A stretch of 64,000 nt of DNA from an uncultured delta proteobacterium (GTDB taxonomy: Bacteria > Desulfobacterota > Binatia > UBA9968), in NCBI GenBank assembly GCA_963816145.1, contig CAWFJP010000027.1, positions 1 through 64,000 on the forward strand. Direction: 5' to 3'. Numbering within the stretch: position 1 is the first letter of the stretch; each line of letters opens with the position of its first letter. A model generated the notes under the pieces. It saw only the letters and a program-made list of their open reading frames with translations, did no database searches and had not been told where the DNA came from. This document shows positions 40,083 to 50,238 of this stretch, one piece after another. A program made the position numbers and the translations under genes.

Positions 40083-41117
40083 TTAGATTTTATAAAACCG
40101 CTTGGCGTTGTCGTAGATGATTTTCTTTTTCGCCGCCGGGCTCAGATCCTTGCGCGCGAAGTGTTCTTTGACCAGCTTCTTCATATCGGTGCGCGTCGCT
40201 TCGTGGGGGAAGTCGGAGGCCCAGAGCAGGCAGTCGTCGCCGAGCAGTTCGACGTCGCGTTTGGTCGTCACTTCTTCACCGCATTGAAAATAAAGCTGCT
40301 TGCGCGCCAACAGTTCGCTCGGCAGCACCGGCCGCTCCGACGGCGGCACGCGCTGAAGGCGATCCTCGATCTTGTCGATCAAGTAGGGTGTCCAACCGCT
40401 GCCGGCTTCGAGAAAACCAAGGCGAAGCGTTTTCAGTTTATTCATCACACCGGAAAACATGATGTTGGTGAACTGGCGCATCTGCGGGATCACATGGGTC
40501 AGCGCCGCCGCTTCGTTGGGCACGAGATAGCGGTCGTTATCGCGCAACGAGTTGCACGAATGGATCGACAAAGTGCAGCCGAGCCGGTCGGCTTCCTGGT
40601 AGACCGGCCAGTATTGCTTGTGGCCGAGGGGCAATTGCAGCCCATCGGCGGGAAGAATGCCGCCGACTAGACCGTATCGTTTAACCACGCGACGCAGTTC
40701 CTTGACCGCGGCTTTCGGGTCCTGCAAGGGCAACAGGGCCATGCCGCGAAAGCGGCGGTCGTGGGTCAAGAAGCGATCGTGCAGGTAGTCGTTGTAGGCG
40801 CGGCAGAGTTCGGCGGCGTAAGTCGGATTGCCGATCTGGCCGACATGCATGAAGCGGGTCGGATACAGAACGGTCAGCTCGAAGCCTCCTTCATCGAGTT
40901 TATCGACCCACTCACGCCAATCCGGCACGCGAAAATCGGACGGGCGAAAGTCGTTGGCCGGTATCGAGCGATGCCAGCCATGATGCGGCGTCAGCGGGAA
41001 ATAGAGCATGGCGTCGCGCCGGTTGCGGTAACCGGCGGACATATATTCGATGATTTCCGCGTCGGTCTCGCGCACATGGCCGTCGGCGTCGATGATCCGG
41101 CTGGCGTTTTGCTTCAT
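40083..41117 (-). CDS. Amidohydrolase_2 family protein
   Basis: IIDADGH, VLYPT, CRAYNDYL, FLEAGSGW, WASDFPH; RBS GGAGG. Confidence 0.92.
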   Translation of the reverse strand: MKQNASRIIDADGHVRETDAEIIEYMSAGYRNRRDAMLYFPLTPHHGWHRSIPANDFRPSDFRVPDWREWVDKLDEGGFELTVLYPTRFMHVGQIGNPTYAAELCRAYNDYLHDRFLTHDRRFRGMALLPLQDPKAAVKELRRVVKRYGLVGGILPADGLQLPLGHKQYWPVYQEADRLGCTLSIHSCNSLRDNDRYLVPNEAAALTHVIPQMRQFTNIMFSGVMNKLKTLRLGFLEAGSGWTPYLIDKIEDRLQRVPPSERPVLPSELLARKQLYFQCGEEVTTKRDVELLGDDCLLWASDFPHEATRTDMKKLVKEHFARKDLSPAAKKKIIYDNAKRFYKI

Positions 41118-41422
41118 ACTGCCTCCACAATATCGTTGTGAGTTTTTGTCGCACGCGCCGCGCCGAGTTGTCAATTGAAAGTTGCCAATCGACTCGCGAC
41201 GCTTTGATGTGAGAAGCGGATCTCACCACGAAGGGCACGAAGACCACGAAGTTCGGAAATATTGGATATCCGATCCCTTCGTGTCCTTCGTGCCTTCGTG
41301 GTGTAAGAGTCATTGTCATTTCGCGGTTGCTGCTCGTTATGCCAAATGTGCCGCCGGTCCTCGGATTTCGAACACTACTCATGGACTTCTCTCGATGCGT
41401 GCGTTAACCTTATGAGTTCGAA

Positions 41423-44400
41423 ATGGGATATTTGACCGACGAGCTCAGCGCCGAGACCGCGCCGATTACCCAGAAGCGCGGGCGCACTTATTTTGCTCAT
41501 GGCGCGGTGCGTTTGCTCGACACGGGCGATCGCGTGGTGTCCGCCAGAGTCCAAGGTTCGCAGGTTTACCGGGTAAAGTTGTCGGTCGCCAACGGCTTCA
41601 TCGACTACTCTTGCACTTGCCCGTTTTTCACTAGCGATCTTAACGCCTGCAAACATATCTGGGCGACGGCGATTGCGGCCGAGGAGCGCGGTTGCCTCAA
41701 GAAAATTCTCGATTCCGACAATCATCTGAGCAGCCGCGGCGCAAACGATTTGCTGCCGGGCTCGGTGCAGGGCCGAACGCGTCCGGTAAAAGGCCAGCTG
41801 CCCGGTTGGAAACAGCAGCTGCAAACCATTCGTCACGCCCTGACGCCGCCGGTGTCGCCGTTCAACGACCGCCCGCCACCCGAACGCGAGCTATTTTATC
41901 TGATCGATGCCGATTACACGCTGAGCCGGCAAAAGTTGACCCTCGAAGTTGCCCGGCGCGAACGCAAGACCAACGGCGAGTGGGGCAAACTCAAAAGCCA
42001 GCGGCTCTACTCGCGCGAGGTCGATGCCCTGACCGATCCGGTGGACCGGCGCATCGCCGCCATGCTGTTCGGCGCGCGCCAGGACTTGGGTTATACCTAT
42101 TCGTCCTACTACGATTCCGCGCCGTCATTGTTCGCCGTGCCGGACAATCTCTGGGAGCTGGCGCTGCCGCTGATGTGCCAGACCGGACGCTGTATTTTGC
42201 GCAGTCCAAGGTCGGACGGCGACCGACCGCTTGAGTGGGACGATGGCCCGGCTTGGGAGCTATGTCTCAAGGTCGAGCGCGAAACCGACAGCGAGCGTTA
42301 TCGGCTTGCCGGTTCGCTGCGCCGCGGCGAGGCCGAGTTGAATCTGTCCCAGCCGGTTTTGCTGCTCGCCGGCGGTCTGGTTTTTTACGATGGGCGCATC
42401 GCGCGCTTGAACGATCACGGCGCATTCGCTTGGGTCTCGGTGCTAACCGGGCCGACTGCGGTGTCTTTCTCGGTCGAAGACAGCGAGGTGTTTCTCGACG
42501 AGCTGGTGTCGATCCCGAACCGGCCGCGCTTGGAGTTGCCGGCCGAATTGCAATTCGAAACCGTTGCCGGCGTGCCGCAGCCGCGGCTGTTTCTGAAAGC
42601 CGGCAAACGCAACAGTTGGAGCAGTGAACGGCTTACCGCGGAGTTGTCTTTCGATTATGACGGCGCGGTCGTGCCGCAGCGGGAACGAGGCGGCGGATTT
42701 TATCAGAAGGAGCGGCGCCGTTTGGTGACCCGCGACCTCGCCGCAGAAGACAAGGCGCTCACGCGGCTCAAGCAATTGGGTTTTCGCAAGGGCTGGGAAG
42801 ACGAGCGCAGCGATTTGCAGTTGACGCCCGATCAGTTGGCCCGGGTGGTGCGTGTGTTGTCCGTCGAAGGTTGGCATATCGAGGCCCAGGGCAGTCTTTA
42901 CCATACCGCCGGGGCGCTGACGATGCACGTGAAGTCGGGCGTCGATTGGTTCGGCATCGACGGCGCCGCCGAGTTCGGCGACAGCAAAGTCGGCATGCCG
43001 CGCTTGCTGCGCGCGATCAAGCACGGCGAGCAGACGGTGCGCTTGGACGACGGCTCCCTCGGCATCATTCCCGAAGAGTGGATGAAAAAATTCGGTATGC
43101 TCGCCGGCCTCGGCACTTTCGAAGGCGACGGCGTGCACTTCGCGCGCTCACAGGCGGGATTGCTCGACGCTTTGCTGGCGAGCGAGCCGGCGGTTTCCTT
43201 CGATGCCGTGTTCGAGCGGGTGCGCCGGGAGCTGCGCGATTTTTCCGGGGTGGCGGCCGCGGCGCCGGGCGGCGAGTTCCATGGCGAGCTGCGCCACTAC
43301 CAGCTCGAAGGCTTGGGCTGGCTGCATTTTCTCCAGCGCTTCGGCTTCGGCGGCTGCCTGGCCGACGACATGGGGCTGGGCAAAACGATTCAAGTGCTCG
43401 CGCTCCTCGAAGCGAGACGCGAACTGCGCCGCAACGATGCCGAGAATTCGCCGCCGCCGGCGCTGGTGGTGGTGCCGCGCTCGCTGGTGTTTCACTGGAA
43501 AGAGGAAGCGGCGCGCTTCACGCCCAAGTTAAGCATTCTCGATCACACCGGCGTCGCGCGCTTAAAGCCCGGCGATCACTTCGATAACTACGATGTCGTG
43601 CTGACCACCTACGGCACGCTGCGCAGCGACGCCGCGCAGTTCAAAGATATTCGTTTCGACTATTGCATCCTCGACGAAGCCCAGGCGATCAAGAACTCGA
43701 GCACGCTGGCGGCCAAGGCGGTGCGTTTACTCAAGGCCGACCATCGTTTGGCGATGAGCGGCACGCCGGTGGAAAACCATTTGGGCGAGCTGTGGAGCCT
43801 GTTTGAATTCCTCAATCCCGGCATGCTCGGCACGGCGTCGGTATTCGCCCGCGCCGGCAAGAATCCCGATGAGAGCACGCGGCTAGTGCTCGGCAAAGCG
43901 CTGCGGCCGTTCATTCTGCGCCGCACCAAGGGGCAAGTCGCCCCGGAGCTGCCGGAGAAAACCGAGCAGACGATTTATTGCGACCTCGAAGGCAACGACA
44001 AGAAGCTCTATGACGAGCTGCGCGACTACTACCGGGAGCGGCTGCTAAAGAACGGCGCCGGTGAAAATTCCGGGCAGTATAAGATTCAAGTGCTCGAAGC
44101 GCTCTTGCGCCTGCGCCAAGCCGCCTGCCACCCGGGTTTGATCGACAAGAAAAAAATCGCCGAGCCGAGCGCCAAGGTCGATACGCTGTTGGACCAGCTC
44201 GACCAGGTGCTCGATGAGAATCACAAAGCGCTGGTGTTTTCCCAATTCACCAGCCTCTTGGCGATCGTGCGCAGCCGCTTGGACAAGCAGAAGATCCCCT
44301 ACGTCTATCTCGACGGGCGCACGCGCGACCGTCAGGCCAAGGTCGAGCAGTTTCAGAACGACCCCAACGCCAAATTGTTTCTGATCAGTTTGAAAGCCGG

Positions 44401-44674
44401 CGGCCTGGGGTTGAATCTGCACGCCGCCGAGTACGTCTACCTGCTCGACCCCTGGTGGAATCCCGCCGTCGAAGCCCAAGCCATCGACCGCGCCCACCGC
44501 ATCGGCCAGACGCGCCATGTGTTCGCCTACAGATTGATCGCCCGCGACACCGTGGAAGAAAAAGTCTTGGAGCTGCAGAAGTCGAAGCGCGACCTCGCCG
44601 AGGCGATCATCACCGCCGATAACAGCGTGATGCGCAATCTAACGCGGGACGATCTGGAACTCTTACTGTCGTAA
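41423..44674 (+). CDS. SWIM zinc finger + SNF2 family helicase (SSO1653-like)
   Basis: CTC...CKH, LADDMGLGKT, DEAQ, SGTPVEN, SLKAGGLGLNL, QAIDRAHRIGQ. Confidence 0.95.
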   Translation: MGYLTDELSAETAPITQKRGRTYFAHGAVRLLDTGDRVVSARVQGSQVYRVKLSVANGFIDYSCTCPFFTSDLNACKHIWATAIAAEERGCLKKILDSDNHLSSRGANDLLPGSVQGRTRPVKGQLPGWKQQLQTIRHALTPPVSPFNDRPPPERELFYLIDADYTLSRQKLTLEVARRERKTNGEWGKLKSQRLYSREVDALTDPVDRRIAAMLFGARQDLGYTYSSYYDSAPSLFAVPDNLWELALPLMCQTGRCILRSPRSDGDRPLEWDDGPAWELCLKVERETDSERYRLAGSLRRGEAELNLSQPVLLLAGGLVFYDGRIARLNDHGAFAWVSVLTGPTAVSFSVEDSEVFLDELVSIPNRPRLELPAELQFETVAGVPQPRLFLKAGKRNSWSSERLTAELSFDYDGAVVPQRERGGGFYQKERRRLVTRDLAAEDKALTRLKQLGFRKGWEDERSDLQLTPDQLARVVRVLSVEGWHIEAQGSLYHTAGALTMHVKSGVDWFGIDGAAEFGDSKVGMPRLLRAIKHGEQTVRLDDGSLGIIPEEWMKKFGMLAGLGTFEGDGVHFARSQAGLLDALLASEPAVSFDAVFERVRRELRDFSGVAAAAPGGEFHGELRHYQLEGLGWLHFLQRFGFGGCLADDMGLGKTIQVLALLEARRELRRNDAENSPPPALVVVPRSLVFHWKEEAARFTPKLSILDHTGVARLKPGDHFDNYDVVLTTYGTLRSDAAQFKDIRFDYCILDEAQAIKNSSTLAAKAVRLLKADHRLAMSGTPVENHLGELWSLFEFLNPGMLGTASVFARAGKNPDESTRLVLGKALRPFILRRTKGQVAPELPEKTEQTIYCDLEGNDKKLYDELRDYYRERLLKNGAGENSGQYKIQVLEALLRLRQAACHPGLIDKKKIAEPSAKVDTLLDQLDQVLDENHKALVFSQFTSLLAIVRSRLDKQKIPYVYLDGRTRDRQAKVEQFQNDPNAKLFLISLKAGGLGLNLHAAEYVYLLDPWWNPAVEAQAIDRAHRIGQTRHVFAYRLIARDTVEEKVLELQKSKRDLAEAIITADNSVMRNLTRDDLELLLS

Positions 44675-44850
44675 TCCGGAACGGATCGTTCAAATCGTTC
44701 AAGCGGTTCAAACCGTTCAAGCCGCCGGATACCGGAGTCCGGATGCCGTTCCCCGCTGCATCCGGGCGACGATCTGGCAAATTCTCCGGTGCCGAATTCC
44801 GGCGACGATTTGAACGGCTTGAGCGGTTTGAACGACTGGAACGCGCTTCA

Positions 44851-45897
44851 TCACCCGCCCTTGCGGGTGATTTCCTTCATCAGCCTGTGCCAGCTGTCGA
44901 GCGATTCTTCGTATTGCGCGATGGTGCCGCCTTTTTCCGGGTACCAGCGTTTGAAGCCGTAATCTTTCTGGGCGACGCCGAAGAATAAATCTTCGTAGAG
45001 CTTTTGGCCGTCCGGGCTCATCAGGAAGTCGACGAACAGGAGCGCGGCGTGGGGGTGCGGCGTGTTGACGTAGACCGCCGCGCTGCCGGCGCTGGCAACG
45101 ACCAAGTCCATGGGCACCCAGGCGACGGGCGCGCCACGTTTGGCGGCCACGTTGGTGGCGCTGAAAAACTGGCTCGGCGAACCGTAGATTTCTCCCGCGG
45201 CAACCAGTTGGGTGAGGGCGCTGCCGGCCATCATGTGCACGCGGATATTCTGTTCCTTCAGTCTCCTAACCCACGCTTCGCCTTTCGCTCTAACCATGGC
45301 GCCGATGATGCGCGCGCCGGTGTCTTCGCCGGCAATCCCTAAATTGTCGCGCAGCGCCGGATTCAACAGGCCATCGAAATTCTTGGGGACATCGGCGGCC
45401 TTAACGAGATTCTTGTTGTAGCCAAAGCCAACATAGGATTCACGCACAGTCGTCCATAGGACAGTATTCTTGGTCGCCCGTTCTTTTGCGTCTTCAGGAA
45501 ACGCTGCGAGGTGCGGCGAGGTGTAAGGCAACAGTATCTGGCCCTCGCGAAATGTCATCATGCCGCCGGGCGTGGTTTCGATGGCATCGGCGATGTGGCG
45601 GCGCGCTTTGGCTTCGGTGAGCAGGCGCTGCGTCAGAGCGCTTGAGCCGGTGCGAAAGGTATCGACGCTGACGCCGGGATATTTTTTCTCGAAGGCGGCG
45701 GCGATCTGCTTGTTCTGATCGGTGGCCAGGGTGGTGTACCAGACAACTTTGCCTTCGCGCTTGGCGCCGTCGAACAAAATCTTTTCGCGGTCGGCTCCGG
45801 TGTAAGCGCCGAGCTCGGCCGGGGATTTGGCGGATTGGCTCCAGGCGCTGGTCGCGCAAAACGAGAGAATTACCAGAGCGGTGATGATGAGCTTCAT
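44851..45897 (-). CDS. Extracellular solute-binding protein (Fe/polyamine cluster type)
   Basis: Signal peptide; AKREGKVVWY, FEKKYPG, PHPHAALLFVDFLMS.DGQ. Confidence 0.9.
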   Translation of the reverse strand: MKLIITALVILSFCATSAWSQSAKSPAELGAYTGADREKILFDGAKREGKVVWYTTLATDQNKQIAAAFEKKYPGVSVDTFRTGSSALTQRLLTEAKARRHIADAIETTPGGMMTFREGQILLPYTSPHLAAFPEDAKERATKNTVLWTTVRESYVGFGYNKNLVKAADVPKNFDGLLNPALRDNLGIAGEDTGARIIGAMVRAKGEAWVRRLKEQNIRVHMMAGSALTQLVAAGEIYGSPSQFFSATNVAAKRGAPVAWVPMDLVVASAGSAAVYVNTPHPHAALLFVDFLMSPDGQKLYEDLFFGVAQKDYGFKRWYPEKGGTIAQYEESLDSWHRLMKEITRKGG

Positions 45898-45981
45898 GGT
45901 GCGCTAGATTAGTAAAAATAGTTTTGCGCTGCAACGCGCTGGAGTGCTTGATGCAAGCTGGCTCAGTTTGAAATGACCGAT

Positions 45982-46123
45982 TCCCCCTTTGGCAAAGGGG
46001 GATCAAGGGGGATTTGCCGGCGATGCGGGGGTAATTTTTATCGCGGATCCTTATTGTTCTATGGGACGATGGCGCCGCTCGGGTGGGGAAAAATCTCCCC
46101 TACCCCTCTTTTCCAAAGAGGGG
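45982..46123. repeat. CCCCCTTT..AAAGGGGG REP doublet preceded by a partial IS1595-like end (TGGCTCAGTTTGAA, 45959-45972)
   Basis: TCCCCCTTTGGCAAAGGGGGATCAAGGGGGATTT ... AAATCTCCCCTACCCCTCTTTTCCAAAGAGGGG. Confidence 0.7.
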
Positions 46124-46293
46124 TAACGGATGGTAAGCGATAGCTTTAGCGGTTGATCAAAAATTTTATGTGTTCCGCAAGCGGCGCTCCGATCTTGGTG
46201 CTACAGGGGATTGCTGCGGCTTCTTGGTTGACAGCTACGCCCTAGTCTCGGTAAGCTCGAAAAAATACCCGGCAATTCTAAGGAGGCTCTTTC

Positions 46294-48009
46294 ATGGCTT
46301 ACGATATTTTGATCAAAGGTGGACGGATTTACGACGGCAGCGGTCTGCCGTCTTATTTAGGCGACGTGGCGGTGCAGGATGGCAAGATCGTCGAGACCGG
46401 GCGGATCAACGGCCGCGCCAAGCGCGTGGTGAACGCCGACGGTTTGGCGGTGTCGCCGGGCTTCATCGATTTCCACACCCATCTCGATGCGCAACTTTTG
46501 TGGGACCCGCTGGCGACCTCGTCCTGTTATCACGGTGTGACCACGGTCATTCCCGGTAACTGCGGCTTGTCGTTGGCGCCGTGCAAAGAGCCGGACCGCG
46601 ACACGATCTTGCGTAGCTTCGAGCGCGTCGAGGCGATCACTTTTCCGGCGTTGAAGGCCGGCGTGCCTTGGGGCTTTACCACCTTCGGCCAATATCTCGA
46701 CACGATGCGCGGCAACCTCGGCGTCAATGTTGCTTCGCTGGTCGGCCACTGCGCGCTGCGCCAGTATGTCATGGGCGCAGCTTCCCTCGAACGCGCCGCG
46801 ACGCCGGCGGAAATCCATCAGATGAAAGAAGTGTTGAAGGCCAGCATCCGCGCCGGCGCGGCCGGCTTCTCGACCAATCAGAACCCGGTGCATATGTATG
46901 CCGACGGCACGCCGATCCAGAGCCGCTTCTCCACCGACGAAGAGATCATCGAGATGGCCTGCGCGCTCGGCGAGATCAATCAAGGCGCGGTGCAGATTTC
47001 CCGCGGTTCGCTAGGCGTATCGGTGTCCATGCCCGATAGCGTGAAACTGTTCGAGGAAATATCCAGCCGCTCCGGCCGGCCGGTGATTTGGCAGAGCATC
47101 ACGCACCGTTGGGACAAACCCAACGAATGGCGCGAGCTATTGGACCTGGCCGGCGCGACCATTGCCCGCGGCGTGCAGTCCTATCCGCTATGCAACGCGC
47201 GCTTGTTCAATAACCGGTTGACGATGAAGACTGCGCAAGTCTTCGACGATCTGCCGACCTGGAAGGCGATTCTGTTCCTGCCGCTGGCAGCGCGCATTGA
47301 GGCGATCAAAGATCCCGAGACGCGCAAGAAGATGCGCTACGAAGCGGTGGAAGAAAAGAAATCGTCGCGTTTCTCGCGCCGCTGGGACCTGGTTTATTTA
47401 ATCAACGCGGTCAAGCCCGAGAACAAGTGGCTCGAAAAGAAGAGCGTCGCCGAGATCGCCAAGATTCGCAATCAAGACGTCATCGACGCCTTCCTCGATC
47501 TGTCGTTGGAAGAAGGGTTGGACACCGAGTTCCAAACCTCGAGCACCAACGGCGACGAGAAGGCGGTGGCGGAGATCATCAAGAGCCCCTATGTGCTGGT
47601 CGGCCAGTCCGACGCCGGCGCGCATCTGATCTACGACGCTGGCTTCGGCTATGCGACGCGCTTGTTGGGCTACTGGGTGCGCGAGAAGCAGATCATGACG
47701 GTGGAAGAAGCCGTGCGCAAACTGACCTTCATGGTGGCGTCGATCTTCGGCCTGCCGGATCGCGGCCTGTTGCGCCGCGGCATGGCGGCGGATGTCTGTA
47801 TCTTCGACCCGGCGACGGTGCGCGAGTGCGATGCCGAGATGGTGCAGGATCTGCCGGGCAACGAGAAGCGCTACATTCAGAAAGCCGTCGGCATCGAGAT
47901 GACCATCGTCAATGGCCAGGTGCTGGTGGAAAAGGAAAATCACACCGGCGCGTTGCCCGGCACGGTGCTCGGCGGCGGCAACAACGCAGCGCTGCAGGCT
48001 GCCGCGTAA
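46294..48009 (+). CDS. N-acyl-D-amino-acid deacylase family amidohydrolase
   Basis: PGFIDFHTHLD, HGVTTVIPGNCG, SDAGAH, DRGLL..G.AAD. Confidence 0.92.
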   Translation: MAYDILIKGGRIYDGSGLPSYLGDVAVQDGKIVETGRINGRAKRVVNADGLAVSPGFIDFHTHLDAQLLWDPLATSSCYHGVTTVIPGNCGLSLAPCKEPDRDTILRSFERVEAITFPALKAGVPWGFTTFGQYLDTMRGNLGVNVASLVGHCALRQYVMGAASLERAATPAEIHQMKEVLKASIRAGAAGFSTNQNPVHMYADGTPIQSRFSTDEEIIEMACALGEINQGAVQISRGSLGVSVSMPDSVKLFEEISSRSGRPVIWQSITHRWDKPNEWRELLDLAGATIARGVQSYPLCNARLFNNRLTMKTAQVFDDLPTWKAILFLPLAARIEAIKDPETRKKMRYEAVEEKKSSRFSRRWDLVYLINAVKPENKWLEKKSVAEIAKIRNQDVIDAFLDLSLEEGLDTEFQTSSTNGDEKAVAEIIKSPYVLVGQSDAGAHLIYDAGFGYATRLLGYWVREKQIMTVEEAVRKLTFMVASIFGLPDRGLLRRGMAADVCIFDPATVRECDAEMVQDLPGNEKRYIQKAVGIEMTIVNGQVLVEKENHTGALPGTVLGGGNNAALQAAA

Positions 48010-48166
48010 GAATTTCGGATTGTCTCCCGCAAAGGCGCCAAGGCGCAAAGTTCGGACCTACCATTCCTTCCTCCCCCGCGACGCGGGGGAGGACCGAGGA
48101 GGGGGCTTGAACGGAGCGTCAGCGGTTGAACGGCTGGAACGATTGGAACGGAAGTTAGGGGAGATC

Positions 48167-49562
48167 ATGGGCGCTACTGAGAAAATTGCCAGGTTCATAG
48201 TCGATACTGACTACAAGAGTTTGCCGCGCGAGGTCGTGGCTAAGGCCAAGCGCTCGGCGCTGGATTGCGTGGGCGCGGCGCTTGCCGGCATTTCAGAGCC
48301 GGTCAGCCAGACCGTTACGGGTTACGTCACCAAACTCGGCGGGGCGCCCCAGGCGTCGGTGTTCGGCGCCGGCGTCAAACTTGCGGTTGCCGACGCGGCT
48401 CTCGCGAATGGCTCCATCGCCCATGCGTTGGACTACGACGATTGCGGTGTCAAGATCGGCCACCCCAGCGTCTTGGTTTTGCCCGCCGTGTTGAGCCTCG
48501 GCGAGCATCTCGGCGCCTCGGGCCAGGATCTCCTCGCTGCTTACGTCGTGGGACTTGGAAGTCGAGGGCAAGCTGGCATTGCATGCGGACTTCAAGCTCA
48601 TGCAAGCTCGGTTGAACCATCAAACCTGGTACGGTTCCATCGGCGCGGCGGCGGCTTGCGCGAAGCTGCTCAAGTTAGATGTTGCGAAAACACGGATTGC
48701 TTTGGGCATCGCGGGAAACTCTGCCTGCGGTTTGTCGGCGAACCACGGCAGCATGGCCGGCGCGATGGCGGCGGGCAACGCCTGCCGCAACGGCGTGATC
48801 GCCGCGCTGATGGCGCAAGCGGGGATTACGGCCAACTCTAATATCATCGAAGGAAAGAACGGTTTCTACGACACACTGGTGGGCCCGGGCCACTACGACG
48901 CCGAGCGCATGGCGGACGGTTTGGGCAAGCCGTTTTACATCGAGTCGCCAGGCATCAGTCTAAAAATGTATCCGAGCTGCTACCACACGCACCGGGCGCT
49001 CGATGGTATGTTCCAATTACTCAATGAGCACCATCTCGACGACAAAGACATCGCCGCCGTTGATGTCGGCACCTCGGAGCGCGCCTTGCGCGTGCTCGCT
49101 TTCTCCGAGCCAGCAACGCCGTACCAAGCCAAGTTCAGCATGCCGCACTGCATCGCCGCCGCCGTGGTGGACCATGCGGTAACGCTCGAGACTTTCACCG
49201 ATCACAAGCTAAACGATCGCAACATCGTCGAAGCCCGCAAGAAGGTTCGGCTTTCCTTCCCCAACGTGCCGATCTGGCCGGGCCTGGCGGACGTCGGCCC
49301 GGACACCGAGTTCGTCGGCAATCCGGTGACGATCCAGACGACCGATGGACGGAGCCTGAGTGCGAGAGTGGATATCCCGCGGGGCGACGCCTCGCTGCCG
49401 CTCACTGACGACGAACTGTTAGGGAAATACCGTGACTGTGCGCGCGCTCAGTTAAGCCAGGACAACATCGAGCGCAGTGCCGGCTTGGTTCGCGGGTTAG
49501 AGAAGGTGGGGGATGTCGGGACGCTGATGGCTATTCTCAGATCGCCGTTGCATAGGGCTTAA
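48167..49562 (+). CDS. MmgE/PrpD family protein with a +1 frameshift at ~48554-48556
   Basis: ANGSIAHALDYDD, HPS, KMYPSCYHTH, AKFSMPH. Removing one base restores YVVGLEVEGKL (464 aa). Confidence 0.88.
49433..49562 (+). repeat. 130-bp direct repeat, copy 1 (3' end of MmgE/PrpD gene)
   Basis: Ungapped match to 59081-59210, 115/130 identical by manual count. Confidence 0.92.
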
Positions 49563-49603
49563 GATTTGAGACGCTACTTATAGCATGTTGCGGGTGAACT
49601 TTA

Positions 49604-49879
49604 ATGAAGAAGGTTGTCTTGGCGAAAGCGAACGAGGATTTTTCTCTTGATTTAAAGTTTAACGACAATACGGTTCGGAGATTCGATGCGCGACCGTACC
49701 TCGACTTTGGGGTGTTCAACGAACTAAAAAATATCGCCTATTTTAAACAAGTGAGCATCGCATACGGAACCGTACAATGGCCGCACGAGGAAGATTTTAG
49801 CCCAGATACGTTATACCTCGAAAGCCGACCCATTGAGAACTTCAACGACTCTGCGGTGACGGAAGGAATGCCAAATTAG
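49604..49879 (+). CDS. DUF2442 domain protein
   Basis: L.LKFND...R.FD..PYLDFGVF.EL....YF.QV....GTVQWP...DFSPDTLY. Confidence 0.8.
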   Translation: MKKVVLAKANEDFSLDLKFNDNTVRRFDARPYLDFGVFNELKNIAYFKQVSIAYGTVQWPHEEDFSPDTLYLESRPIENFNDSAVTEGMPN

Positions 49880-49918
49880 TTTAAGAGACGCATATCTCCC
49901 CGCTTTCCATTGCCCTGT

Positions 49919-50125
49919 ATGACAGAAAACAAATCAAAACCGTTACCGCGATCGAAATCGGTCGATGAGCTTGTGGGATTCTTCGACAAACACGACATGG
50001 GCGAATATTGGGAACGATTGCCGAAAGCTGCATTTGAAGTAAACATCAAAACCCGAAAACACCTGGTCGCGATCGACGAAGCCGTTCCCTCCACTAGGGC
50101 GAGTGATTGGGAAGGATTGTTATGA
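49919..50125 (+). pseudogene. CopG/BrnA-like antitoxin, C-terminally truncated
   Basis: LP..KSVDELV.FFD.HDMGEYW...HLVAIDE, then the sequence diverges just before the 36-bp repeat; the expected ribbon-helix-helix tail is missing. Confidence 0.55.
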
Positions 50126-50141
50126 TATCAAAGTCTGACCC
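50106..50141 (+). repeat. 36-bp direct repeat ending in TGACCC (second copy 52699-52734)
   Basis: ATTGGGAAGGATTGTTATGATATCAAAGTCTGACCC vs ATTGAGAAGGATTGTCATGATGTCAAAGTCTGACCC (33/36). Confidence 0.85.
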
Positions 50142-50238
50142 TGGCTCCCTGTGATTCACCTGTTCAGGCCTGAATGAGCGGGTCTTTGTGCCGGGGGAGA
50201 TGTCAATATTGTATTGAAGTTCAAAAGGCTCCATTAGG

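Noticed and set aside
41423-44674. SNF2 helicase as an anti-phage defence system
   Set aside because: Solitary SWIM-SNF2 gene without methylase, nuclease or other defence neighbours.
44686-44843. GTTCAA, CACGAAG and AGGCAAT arrays as CRISPR arrays
   Set aside because: Units are 7-9 bp, tandem and inverted, with no unique spacers and no cas genes.
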